Below, in pieces: positions 30,127 to 39,803 of a DNA stretch of 64,000 bases. Origin of the DNA: Bacteroidota bacterium (GTDB taxonomy: Bacteria; Bacteroidota; Bacteroidia; Cytophagales; Cyclobacteriaceae). The notes beneath the pieces were generated by a model, which ran no database searches, was not told the DNA's origin, and saw only the letters and a program-made list of their open reading frames with translations. Numbering within the stretch: position 1 is the first letter of the stretch; the number at the start of each line of letters is the position of its first letter. Both the position numbers and the translations under genes were made by a program. The stretch is taken from contig JAEZBX010000349.1 in assembly GCA_023412765.1 (NCBI GenBank), forward strand, positions 4,339 through 68,338, given 5' to 3'.

Positions 30127-32442
30127 ATGATGAGAGGTGTGAAATTAGCCGGCGCGGTACTTTTCTTTTTATCTGTAGTAACAGTTTTTTCGTGTCGGGA
30201 GAAATCAGCCGAGATTGCTGAAATAGATTCTGTCGATTATAACCTTCATATTCGACCAATCCTGTCGGACCGATGCTTTATTTGTCATGGTCCTGATGGC
30301 AACGCACGTAAAGCTGACTTGCGATTGGATATTGCAGAGGGTGCGTATGCTGCTTTAAAAGACAGTCCTTCAATGCATGCAATTGTACCTGGGGATCCAG
30401 AGAAATCTGAGGTTTATCTCCGCATATCCAGCGAAGACACTTCGCAGGTGATGCCACCGATCAAATCTAACCTGAAGCTTAACGACTCAGAAATTGCTTT
30501 GATAAAAAAATGGATTGCTCAGGGTGCGGAATACAAACGTCACTGGGCTTTCATCCCTCCTAAAAAACCTGCCGTCCCAGGGGTTGATGATGACGAATGG
30601 CCTTCAAATGAAATCGATTATTTTATCCTAAATAAGATCGAGAGGAAAGGACTATCACCAAATGACATCTCTGACAAAGAAAGACTTTTAAAGCGTATTA
30701 GCTTTGACTTGACAGGCTTGCCACCCACCGTTGAAATGCAGGAACGTTTTCTTGCTGATGATGACGACGACGCTTACGAAAAGATGGTAGATGAACTTCT
30801 GGCGCAGCCACAATATGGTGAAAAAATGGCTGCGTATTGGATGGACGTTGCACGATACGCCGATTCACACGGTTACCAGGATGATGGACTTCGAACAATG
30901 TGGCCATGGCGCGATTGGGTAATTCATGCGTTCAATGAGAACTATCCCTATGACCAGTTTTTGACATGGCAACTCGCGGGCGACTTGTTACCTAACCCTA
31001 CCAAAGAGCAAATACTTGCAACGGGGTTCAATCGTAACCACAAAATTACTCAGGAGGGTGGCGTTATTGACGAAGAATATCGGATCGAATACGTAACTGA
31101 TCGCACCAATACTTTTGCAAAGACATTTTTGGCACTAACCTTCGAATGCGCTAAGTGCCACGATCATAAGTACGATCCCATTCTGCAAAAGGACTATTTC
31201 AGCGCATTCGCTTTTTTCAACCAGGTTCCCGAGAAAGGATTGCTCGGTGATATTATGCTTGCATCGCTGGCTGATCCACCAAAAATCAAAATTACATCTG
31301 CGGAAGTAGAGAACATTCTCACATTTATCAACAAAAAGGATACGGCGGCAGTAGAAGTAATGGTGATGGAGGATGCCGCGAAATACAGGCCAACTTATTT
31401 GCTTAAACGCGGTGCGTATGATGCACCTGCAGATAGGGTCACCGTTGGATTGCCAGAGGCTATTATGCCTTTCGATTCGCTGAAGTACGGAAACAATCGT
31501 CTGGGATTGGTAAAATGGTTGCTGGACAAGAAGAATCCGTTGACGTCAAGGGTATTTGTGAACCGGATGTGGCAGGAATTTTTTGGAAGAGGGCTTGTTA
31601 AAACTTCTGGAGATTTTGGTATGCAGGGCGAGATGCCTTCACATCCTGAATTGCTCGATTGGCTGGCAACGGATTTTGTGGACAATGGATGGAACATAAA
31701 GCGACTAATCAAGCAATTTGTGATGTCTTCAACTTATCGGCAGTCCACGGCCATGAGCGCCGACAAACTCGCTGAAGACCCCGAAAATATCTTGCTGTCA
31801 TCCGGACCCCGCACTCGAATGTCTGCGGAGATAATTCGTGACATGGCTTTGGCGAGCAGTGGTCTGCTCGTAAAAGAGATTGGAGGTCCGAGCGTTAAGC
31901 CCTATCAACCAAAAGGTATCTGGGAAATGGCGACTTCAGGCCGTGGTATTCTGGCGAGATACGTGCAGGATCATGGGGACAAATTGTATCGTCGCGGACT
32001 TTATAGCTTCATCAAGAGAACCGTGCCGCCGCCATACATGCTTGTGTTTGACGCCAGCAATCGCGATCTGTGCGAGGTGAGCCGACTGAGCACCAACACA
32101 CCGTTGCAAGCGTTGGTAATGATGAATGATCCAACAATACTAGAGGCTTCTCGTGTTTTTGCAGAGAGATTGATGAAAAAGGATTTGGTGATGGAAGAGA
32201 AGATTATCTATGCTTTTCGATCCATCGTATGTCGGCAGCCAAAATCTCAGGAGCTAAAAATCTTGTTGAAATATTTCGAAGAAGAAAAACAGAAGTTTGA
32301 TGCTGCTCCTGAGAGTGCGAAAGAATTTATTCGTGCAGGAGAATATCAACATGAAAAAATAGAGGATGTTCAGACTCTGGCTGCATTGATGCAGGTAATA
32401 CATACCATTTACAACATGGAGGAATCCATAACGAAAGTTTAG
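30127..32442 (+). CDS. Planctomycete cytochrome c / DUF1549 / DUF1553 protein (probable lipoprotein)
   Basis: CFICHG, CAKCHDHKYDP, DLTGLPPT, NPLTSRVFVNRMWQ and TNTPLQAL motifs. Confidence 0.9.
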   Translation: MMRGVKLAGAVLFFLSVVTVFSCREKSAEIAEIDSVDYNLHIRPILSDRCFICHGPDGNARKADLRLDIAEGAYAALKDSPSMHAIVPGDPEKSEVYLRISSEDTSQVMPPIKSNLKLNDSEIALIKKWIAQGAEYKRHWAFIPPKKPAVPGVDDDEWPSNEIDYFILNKIERKGLSPNDISDKERLLKRISFDLTGLPPTVEMQERFLADDDDDAYEKMVDELLAQPQYGEKMAAYWMDVARYADSHGYQDDGLRTMWPWRDWVIHAFNENYPYDQFLTWQLAGDLLPNPTKEQILATGFNRNHKITQEGGVIDEEYRIEYVTDRTNTFAKTFLALTFECAKCHDHKYDPILQKDYFSAFAFFNQVPEKGLLGDIMLASLADPPKIKITSAEVENILTFINKKDTAAVEVMVMEDAAKYRPTYLLKRGAYDAPADRVTVGLPEAIMPFDSLKYGNNRLGLVKWLLDKKNPLTSRVFVNRMWQEFFGRGLVKTSGDFGMQGEMPSHPELLDWLATDFVDNGWNIKRLIKQFVMSSTYRQSTAMSADKLAEDPENILLSSGPRTRMSAEIIRDMALASSGLLVKEIGGPSVKPYQPKGIWEMATSGRGILARYVQDHGDKLYRRGLYSFIKRTVPPPYMLVFDASNRDLCEVSRLSTNTPLQALVMMNDPTILEASRVFAERLMKKDLVMEEKIIYAFRSIVCRQPKSQELKILLKYFEEEKQKFDAAPESAKEFIRAGEYQHEKIEDVQTLAALMQVIHTIYNMEESITKV

Positions 32443-32443
32443 T

Positions 32444-33895
32444 ATGGAAAACGAATTTTTGAAGAACCGATTTCACATCACGCGAAGACATTTCCTGGGT
32501 AAGCTTAGCCTTGGTCTTGGTACCATTGGGCTTGGATCATTGCTGATACCCGATCTTTTTAAATCCAGTGCAGAAGACCTTTCTCCAATTACTGGTGTTC
32601 CGCATTTTGCTCCGAAAGCTAAGCGCATCATTTATTTATTTCAAAATGGAGCCCCTTCACAATTAGAAAGTTTTGACTACAAGCCTCTTCTTAACAAAAT
32701 GACTGGCCAGGAGCTGCCGGCGTCGATCCGCATGGGGCAGCGTCTTACTGGTATGACATCAGGTCAGGCAAGTTTCCCGCTGGTTGGATCTCATTTTAGT
32801 TTTAAACAATATGGTCAGTCAGGCGCATGGGTAAGTGAGTTATTTCCGCATACAGCAAAGATCGTTGATGAGTTATGTTTTATAAAAACGATGCACACCG
32901 AAGCCATCAATCACGATCCTGCGCTCACTTTTATGCAGTCTGGCGCACAGCAAGGCAACCGGCCAAGTATGGGTGCATGGTTGAGCTATGGCCTTGGCAG
33001 TGAGAATAAAAATTTACCTGCTTTTTGTGTATTGCTTTCGAGAGGTCGCGGCAATGGCCAGGGCGTTTATTCAAAATTGTGGTCCAATGGATTTCTTGAC
33101 AGTGTTCACCAGGGTGTACAGTTCAGTAGCAGCGAAGAGCGTGTGTTATACCTAAAGGATCCTTCAGGAAGGAACCGTGAGGCTACGCGTAAGATGCTTG
33201 ATAACCTCGCCGCATTAAATGACATAAACTATAAGGAATTTGGTGACCCTGAAATTGAAGCTAAAGTACAGCAGTATGAAATGGCATATCGCATGCAGAC
33301 TGCAGTGCCCGAGTTGTCAGATTTGTCTCAGGAGCCCGATCACATCATAAAGATGTATGGTGCTGATTGTTTATCTCCTGGTACATACGCTTCAAACTGT
33401 CTGCTGGCGCGCAAGCTTTCTGAATCGGGCGTTCGGTTTGTTCAGCTTTATCACCAGGGATGGGATCAACATGATAATATGGTGGGTGACATGCCTCTTC
33501 AGGCGCAGGATGTTGACCGCGCAACGGCTGCGCTGGTGATGGACCTTAAACAAAGAGGACTGCTAGACGAAACATTAGTGATCTGGGGCGGTGAATTCGG
33601 GCGAACGAATTATTGCCAGGGTAACCTGAGAAAAAATAATTACGGTCGTGACCACCACCCACGGAATTATACAATATGGATGGCCGGTGGCGGTGTCAAG
33701 CCAGGGATGGTTTATGGCGAAACGGATGAATTCGGATACAACATCGCGCGTGATCCTGTGCACGTCAATGATTTTCATGCAACTGTACTTCACCTTATGG
33801 GGCTTAACCACGAACAACTGACGTACAAACACCTCGGACGTCGGTACCGCCTTACCGATGTCGCGGGTAAGGTTGTTCACGATATTCTGGCCTAG
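32444..33895 (+). CDS. DUF1501 domain protein with Tat signal
   Basis: TRRHFL, GAPSQLESFDYKP, WGGEFGRT and GRDHHP motifs. Confidence 0.9.
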   Translation: MENEFLKNRFHITRRHFLGKLSLGLGTIGLGSLLIPDLFKSSAEDLSPITGVPHFAPKAKRIIYLFQNGAPSQLESFDYKPLLNKMTGQELPASIRMGQRLTGMTSGQASFPLVGSHFSFKQYGQSGAWVSELFPHTAKIVDELCFIKTMHTEAINHDPALTFMQSGAQQGNRPSMGAWLSYGLGSENKNLPAFCVLLSRGRGNGQGVYSKLWSNGFLDSVHQGVQFSSSEERVLYLKDPSGRNREATRKMLDNLAALNDINYKEFGDPEIEAKVQQYEMAYRMQTAVPELSDLSQEPDHIIKMYGADCLSPGTYASNCLLARKLSESGVRFVQLYHQGWDQHDNMVGDMPLQAQDVDRATAALVMDLKQRGLLDETLVIWGGEFGRTNYCQGNLRKNNYGRDHHPRNYTIWMAGGGVKPGMVYGETDEFGYNIARDPVHVNDFHATVLHLMGLNHEQLTYKHLGRRYRLTDVAGKVVHDILA

Positions 33896-33909
33896 TTCTT
33901 TTTCATTTT

Positions 33910-36045
33910 ATGAGAAAAATTGCGCTGAACATAATTTTTTGTATTCAGATCCTGCTGCTCTTTTTACTTTTTACAGGAGATAGGATTGAATTGCCCTCAT
34001 GGTTACAGGTAGCCGGACGGTTGCATCCGCTGGTGCTTCACCTGCCCATTGGATTTCTCATTTTTTTGGCAATGATGTTTTTTTTCCGAAATCAGATAGA
34101 GAAGAAGTCATTCCATCAAATGGTGGGAATTGGATTATTATCGACGTCTTTTTTTGCATCTGTCGCTGCTCTGTTTGGATTTCTGCTCAGCATTCAGGAC
34201 GATTATGGAACCAGTGCGTTGACTCAGCATAAAGTCACAGGTGTTCTCCTCAGTTGGTTTTGTTACCTACTCGTGTTGTTGTACGGCAGCAATGGAATCA
34301 GAAAGATCACATATGGTTTAGGTGGGGTAACGTTGGCCTTGCTAGTCGTAGCAGGACATACAGGTTCCGTTCTTACCCATGGACAGAATTTTGTATTTGC
34401 TCCAATCTCGGCGCAGGAAGAGTTGACTGCAGATAATGCCTCGGTCTATGAATTCGCCGTTCGTCCTATACTTGATAGAAAATGTTTTTCATGTCATAAC
34501 GAATCAAAAGCGAAAGGTGGTTTGGTGATGACATCCATCGATAAGTTTAAAGAAGGAGGGAAAAATGGAAAAGCTTTCGTGGAAGGCAACCCTGGTGAAA
34601 GCAGGATGGTTAAAGCTTTTTACTTGCCGCTTAGTCACGATGAACATATGCCCCCTGATGGCAAGCCGCAGTTAACTCCAGTTGAAATCTCTACTATAGA
34701 GGCGTGGATCGGTTCCGGTGCAGATTTCGAAAAGAAACTTCACCAGTTTGCAGATGGCGATTCCTTGAAATTTATTGTAGCATCGTTTGCTGCGACTAAA
34801 GCGGAAACACCTGCTGCACAAAAGCAATATACTTTCGCAGGAGTATCGTCGGATGTAGTTGCCGAGCTCAATACCCCTTTCCGGTCGGTATTTCCATTGT
34901 ATAGTGAGAGTCCGGCTTTACAGGCAGATTTCTTTCTTAAAGAAAGCTTCAAGCCAGAATTTTTAAGCGAACTAAAGAAAGTCTCAGATCAGATGGTAGT
35001 GTTGAATTTGTCGAAGATGCCTGTAACAAATAATGATCTCGAAGTAATCTCAACATTTCGCAATCTTGAAAATCTGAATTTGAATTTCACTTCCATCGAT
35101 GGAAAAGGACTAACAGCCCTGTCGAGGTTAGAGAATCTGCAAACATTGTCTCTCGCAGGCACGGCGATTCAGGCAAACGACCTGGAAGCAGTTCTCTCAT
35201 TGCCTGACCTCACCCGGTTGTTCGTATGGAATACTCAGATAACCGAAGGTGATAGAGTAGCCCTTTCAAAACGATTTCCTAATGTTGAGATCATTGGAAA
35301 CTTATTTGTTGATAACGAAATCCTAAGGCTGGACAAACCGCGCATAGAAAATGATGGCGTGCTCAAGAAAGGTGAATTAGTTTCTTTGAGACACAGTATG
35401 CCAGGCGTTGCGATCCGAATTTCCAAAGATGGTAGCGAACCAGATTCAATCAAATCAGAACTGTACGAAAATGCTTTTCCCTTGGATGAGTCGATGATTC
35501 TCAAAGCGAAAGCTTGTAAGGATGGTTGGTATTGCAGCGACGTTTTGACACAAAGTTGTTTCGTTCAGGGTATAAGTCCAGTAGGAGTGGAGTTGATATC
35601 CGCGCCCGACAAGCAATACCCAGGAATTGGTGCCTCAGGTTTGTATGATCTCCAGAAAGGGTTCGCCGATATATTGAAAGAGCCGTCGTGGTTAGGATAT
35701 CGCGAAATTCCTTTTTCAGCTGTATTTGACTTCGGGAAAGCGACAACTATTAAGTCGATTGTAATCAGTCATGCCAGGAACATTGGCGGTTTCGTATTTC
35801 CACCCCAGCAAGTGGAAGTGTGGGCTGGTAACTCTAGTGATAACCTGAAACTCCTTACGGAAATCGAGCCTGTACAACCCAGTGGCTATTTGCCACTCGG
35901 CGTAGTGCCATTGTCAGTTTCAATTTCTGCATCGACTTTTCGATATTATAAGCTTGTTGCAAAGCCGGTGTCAAAATTACCTTCATGGCACAACTCAAAA
36001 GGGGAGAAGGGATGGTTTTTTGTTGATGAGGTATTCTTCTATTGA
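33910..36045 (+). CDS. Membrane protein with planctomycete cytochrome c, LRR and Fn3-associated domains
   Basis: GRLHPLVLHLPIG, CFSCH..HMPP, LRR-like LENLNLNFTSI, DGSEPD. Confidence 0.8.
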   Translation: MRKIALNIIFCIQILLLFLLFTGDRIELPSWLQVAGRLHPLVLHLPIGFLIFLAMMFFFRNQIEKKSFHQMVGIGLLSTSFFASVAALFGFLLSIQDDYGTSALTQHKVTGVLLSWFCYLLVLLYGSNGIRKITYGLGGVTLALLVVAGHTGSVLTHGQNFVFAPISAQEELTADNASVYEFAVRPILDRKCFSCHNESKAKGGLVMTSIDKFKEGGKNGKAFVEGNPGESRMVKAFYLPLSHDEHMPPDGKPQLTPVEISTIEAWIGSGADFEKKLHQFADGDSLKFIVASFAATKAETPAAQKQYTFAGVSSDVVAELNTPFRSVFPLYSESPALQADFFLKESFKPEFLSELKKVSDQMVVLNLSKMPVTNNDLEVISTFRNLENLNLNFTSIDGKGLTALSRLENLQTLSLAGTAIQANDLEAVLSLPDLTRLFVWNTQITEGDRVALSKRFPNVEIIGNLFVDNEILRLDKPRIENDGVLKKGELVSLRHSMPGVAIRISKDGSEPDSIKSELYENAFPLDESMILKAKACKDGWYCSDVLTQSCFVQGISPVGVELISAPDKQYPGIGASGLYDLQKGFADILKEPSWLGYREIPFSAVFDFGKATTIKSIVISHARNIGGFVFPPQQVEVWAGNSSDNLKLLTEIEPVQPSGYLPLGVVPLSVSISASTFRYYKLVAKPVSKLPSWHNSKGEKGWFFVDEVFFY

Positions 36046-36048
36046 TAT

Positions 36049-37365
36049 TTATCCTAGAACTGCCTTATATGCTTTAAGTGCTCGCTCTCTGGCAAACTTG
36101 TGATCTACAATCGGGGTCGGATACTCATTTGTGTTTAGCTCTGGTATCCATTTCTTTACATATTGATTTTGAGGGTCAAATTTTTCCGCCTGTAGCTGTG
36201 GGTTAAACACACGAAAATATGGCACTGCATCAGACCCCGAGCCTGCCGCCCACTGCCATCCTCCATTGTTTGAGGCCAGTTCATAATCAAGCAACTTTTT
36301 TGCAAAATAGGCTTCACCCCATCTCCAGTCGATGAGCAGATGTTTGGTAAGAAAACTTGCAGTGATCATGCGAACCCGGTTGTGCATGAATCCTGTTTGA
36401 TTTAGTTCACGCATTCCCGCATCAACGATCGGATAGCCAGTTTTTCCTTCGCACCATGCATTAAATTCCTCAACATTATTTCTCCAACTGATTCGATCAT
36501 ATTCCATTTTAAACGAGCTTGTAACAACTTGCGGAAAATGCCAAAGAATCATTTGATAGAATTCCCGCCATATCAATTCGTTCAACCAAACTTTGTTTTT
36601 TTTCAACGCAACTTGAATGAGCTTACGGATACTCACTGTACCAAAACGGATGTGTATGCTTAGCCTCGACGTTCCTTTGATTGCAGGAAAGTCTCTTTGT
36701 TGATCATATTTTTCAATTGTCGAAGCTTTGATAACCCGCTCCGGAAAATGAACCGTTGTCTGGCTGAAACCAATGTCATTCAATGATGGAAGGGGTAATG
36801 GTGCAGTCTTCATCAAATTATTCTGGAGTGCTTCAACCGAATAGCTTTTCGCGTGGACGGGTTTGAAAATTTCTTGCCACTTTCTGCTGTACGGAGTGAA
36901 AATGGTGTAAGGTGTGCCGTCAGATTTGAGAACCTCCGTGGGTTCAAAAATAACGTGATCCTTATACGTATTGAACTTTACTCCCCTTGACTGAAGATCT
37001 GTTCTAACTTCATTGTCGCGCGCTAGTGCATATGGTTCATAATCCCGGTTTACATAGACCGCCGATGGTTTCAAATTCTTGAAAATGTCAATTGGATTTC
37101 CATGCAGTACCAGGAGAGAACTACCCAATTGTTCAAGCTGAGATTTTAGTTCACTAACAGCCTGATGTATAAATTCTACGCGTGCATCTTTCTTTTCTTC
37201 AAGTGAATCCAGAATTTCAGTATCAAAGATGAACAACGGAATCACATCCTTATTTTCCTGTAATGCGAAAAACAATGCAGCATTGTCGTGCAGCCTGATA
37301 TCCCTCCTCAGCCAACAAATGGTTGTGTTACTATCAACAATAATTGGTATCTGATTAAAATCCAC
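36049..37365 (-). CDS. phrB: Deoxyribodipyrimidine photolyase (class I)
   Basis: RRDIRLHDN, LIWREFY, TGYPIVDAGMREL, HNRVRM and NNGGWQW motifs. Confidence 0.93.
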   Translation of the reverse strand: MDFNQIPIIVDSNTTICWLRRDIRLHDNAALFFALQENKDVIPLFIFDTEILDSLEEKKDARVEFIHQAVSELKSQLEQLGSSLLVLHGNPIDIFKNLKPSAVYVNRDYEPYALARDNEVRTDLQSRGVKFNTYKDHVIFEPTEVLKSDGTPYTIFTPYSRKWQEIFKPVHAKSYSVEALQNNLMKTAPLPLPSLNDIGFSQTTVHFPERVIKASTIEKYDQQRDFPAIKGTSRLSIHIRFGTVSIRKLIQVALKKNKVWLNELIWREFYQMILWHFPQVVTSSFKMEYDRISWRNNVEEFNAWCEGKTGYPIVDAGMRELNQTGFMHNRVRMITASFLTKHLLIDWRWGEAYFAKKLLDYELASNNGGWQWAAGSGSDAVPYFRVFNPQLQAEKFDPQNQYVKKWIPELNTNEYPTPIVDHKFARERALKAYKAVLG

Positions 37366-37376
37366 GAACAGGCCGG

Positions 37377-37892
37377 TCAGGCAATAATTTGCTTAAGGTG
37401 AGACTGTTCAATGATAAGCCTAAACCATACGGTATAATGGTTGGGATGACGCACAATGTCTGCCCGAAGTTCATCGACGTTAACAAATTTCCAATCCTCT
37501 ACTTCGTCGGTATTTATAACAGGAGTTCCATCGAACACGGCAGTGAATACATAATCAAGTTCGTGTTCGATCATATTTTTGTCCAGGTCAGATTTGTAGA
37601 TAAACTTATATGCGAATTGAGGTTGAAGATCTATTCCCATCTCGAACTTAAGTCTGGTGCTAGCTGCATCCACTGTTGCTTCGCCGGGTTTTGGGTGGCT
37701 ACAACATGAATTCGTCCAAAGTCCGCCGCTATGGTATTTACCCGCAGCTCTTTTTTGTAGCAGCAGTTCTCCCTTTGAATTAAAAATTAACACTGAGAAT
37801 GCGCGATGAAGAACACCTTTAAGATGTGCTTCAAGCTTATCCATCGTGCCGACAACGTTGTCTTGTTCATCCACCAAAATTACTTGCTCCAT
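37377..37892 (-). CDS. idi: Isopentenyl-diphosphate delta-isomerase type 1
   Basis: LHRAFS, WTNSCCSHP and EHE motifs. Confidence 0.95.
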   Translation of the reverse strand: MEQVILVDEQDNVVGTMDKLEAHLKGVLHRAFSVLIFNSKGELLLQKRAAGKYHSGGLWTNSCCSHPKPGEATVDAASTRLKFEMGIDLQPQFAYKFIYKSDLDKNMIEHELDYVFTAVFDGTPVINTDEVEDWKFVNVDELRADIVRHPNHYTVWFRLIIEQSHLKQIIA

Positions 37893-38016
37893 TCAACTTA
37901 GATTTAATTGAATCAATCGCGCACACTGATCCTCTTTTTATATACGATAAAGGTAATTCAAATAGATGCAGTTTCAGTGAGTTCTGGAGAACAACGGGCT
38001 TGAATAATGCACTTAT

Positions 38017-38045
38017 AAAAAGACCTGGCTGAAAAACCAGGTCTT
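38017..38045 (-). terminator. Intrinsic terminator downstream of the ECF sigma gene
   Basis: Stem AAGACCTGG / CCAGGTCTT with an A-run on its left (T-run on the minus strand). Confidence 0.65.
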
Positions 38046-38186
38046 GAGCTTCAATTTGTTAATGCGTTGAATATCGAGAACAATTACTTCAAAACCTTCC
38101 TTCGCCAGAAAACACGGTGCTGATAATCCCGACAATCCAGAACCCATAGCTGCAACATGCGCAATCCAGTTAGGTTACAGGTATAC

Positions 38187-38687
38187 TCAATATCCCTGCA
38201 AACGCTTTTGTATTTCTTTTCTCGCGTGGAAAATTCTATTCTTCACAGTTCCGATGGGAATGCGAAGATGTTCTGCGATCTCGTGATACTTATAGCCCGT
38301 TGTGTGCATCTTGAAAGGCGTAAGCAACTCTTCCTTTATGTTGTTTACATTCTTCCAGATCTCTTTGAATTCGAGGCTTTCCTGTGGACGATTAAAGGTG
38401 TGTTCTTCTTCCACGTTCAGGAAGTACAAATCCTTGGTGGTATCATTCGATGTTTTCGCCCGTTGGTTCTTCCTGTAATTGTTAATGAAGGTGTTTCTCA
38501 TTATGGTGAAGAGCCACCCCTTTAAGTTGGTATCCTGGCGAAACTTGTCACGATATGTGAGGGCCTTTAGAATAGTATCTTGAACAAGATCCAGCGATTC
38601 ATCCTTGTCGTGAGTAAAGCGTCTTGTAAAAGTTTGTAAGGTGCCTCTTAAGCCAGCAATCTGATGAGTAAATTCTATGGCAGTCAT
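38187..38687 (-). CDS. ECF RNA polymerase sigma factor
   Basis: DLVQDT, GWLFTIMRNTFIN and YHEIAEHL..PIGTVKNRI motifs. Confidence 0.93.
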   Translation of the reverse strand: MTAIEFTHQIAGLRGTLQTFTRRFTHDKDESLDLVQDTILKALTYRDKFRQDTNLKGWLFTIMRNTFINNYRKNQRAKTSNDTTKDLYFLNVEEEHTFNRPQESLEFKEIWKNVNNIKEELLTPFKMHTTGYKYHEIAEHLRIPIGTVKNRIFHARKEIQKRLQGY

Positions 38688-38734
38688 TGGTCTATTGGTT
38701 TAAAAGTGTTTAAACATATTCGCATATCGTTAAA

Positions 38735-38742
38735 CAAATATA
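38735..38742 (-). promoter_or_regulatory. Bacteroidota -7 promoter box for the ECF sigma gene
   Basis: Minus-strand TATATTTG matches TAnnTTTG, about 48 nt upstream of the start. Confidence 0.5.
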
Positions 38743-38857
38743 GTGCTTAACCAAAGCGTGCCAAGAGTTCTGTTTTATTTTTCTCTTAAAACATTAAACA
38801 AAATTGGATTGGATATTTTTTTAACTAATTCAGGGTCAATAGGATAGGGAAGGGAGC

Positions 38858-39724
38858 CTAAATGAAGTTGGTCAATTCCAACGCAGTTGAGAAAGTTTGA
38901 ACATTGACGACCTTGGAACCGTTAAATTTCTGCACCTGATAGCCTGAAGCCAGGATTTTTGTGTTTCCGAAATCGTTTGTAAGCTGTTCCAGGTACTTTT
39001 CTATAGAAATTTGGGGCTTTGAGGTTATTGTGGTTAGCATATACTCAGGTTGATGCACTTTATACACACTGACCAAGTCTTCATGTGGTACATTTTGCCC
39101 AAGATAATAGGTTCTGTAACCCGCTTTACGAATCAAAAAATGATAGAATAAAAGACCCAATTCGTGCAGTTCTCCTTCGGGCAAAAAGACCACAATCTTC
39201 TTCGCCGTTTTCGGTGGAATAGGCAATCCGTCAATAGCAACAATAATTTTCTGGCGGATAAGGTTCGAAATAAAGTGTTCGTGCGCCGGTGTGATATTTT
39301 GTGTCTGCCAAAGAATGCCGATTTTCTCAAGGAAAGGGTAAATTATTTCGGTGACCGTTTGCTCAAATCCGAAGCGGAGGATCAGATTGTTCAATATCTT
39401 CTCAAATAACTCCTCTTCCATGTCGATCATGGCGACCACCATTTGATCGATATGCACCCCCTTGTCGTTTTGAAGTTCGCTGATCTCCAGAACTTTCTTG
39501 TTCATGTCCTCCAATGACATGTCTGCTATCTTGGAGATCTTTATCCCGTACGTGTTGAGCAACGATACGTTGATAATTTTCTTCAGGTCCTTGTCTGAGT
39601 AATAACGGATATTTGTTGCTGTTCTTGAGGGCTCAATTATTCTGTGACGCTTCTCCCAAATTCGAATAGTATGCGCCTTGATCCCTGAAAGTTGTTCAAG
39701 TTCCTTAATTGAATACTGCCCCAT
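38858..39724 (-). CDS. MerR-family B12-binding regulator (CarH/LitR-like)
   Basis: MerR HTH (HTIRIWEKRH), W-x9-EH motif (WQTQNITPAHEH) and ExHxxG (ELHELG). Confidence 0.85.
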   Translation of the reverse strand: MGQYSIKELEQLSGIKAHTIRIWEKRHRIIEPSRTATNIRYYSDKDLKKIINVSLLNTYGIKISKIADMSLEDMNKKVLEISELQNDKGVHIDQMVVAMIDMEEELFEKILNNLILRFGFEQTVTEIIYPFLEKIGILWQTQNITPAHEHFISNLIRQKIIVAIDGLPIPPKTAKKIVVFLPEGELHELGLLFYHFLIRKAGYRTYYLGQNVPHEDLVSVYKVHQPEYMLTTITSKPQISIEKYLEQLTNDFGNTKILASGYQVQKFNGSKVVNVQTFSTALELTNFI

Positions 39725-39803
39725 CTTTCAGCCTTTAAACTTTTTAACAGGAGGGTCTGTAAATTGTTTTTTTACCCAAAGGGAAACGATAAATTCGGAG
39801 TTG

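Noticed and set aside
39678..39803. N-terminal extension of the helicase
   Set aside because: The TTG start overlaps the divergent MerR gene; ATG 39804 fits the family N-terminus.
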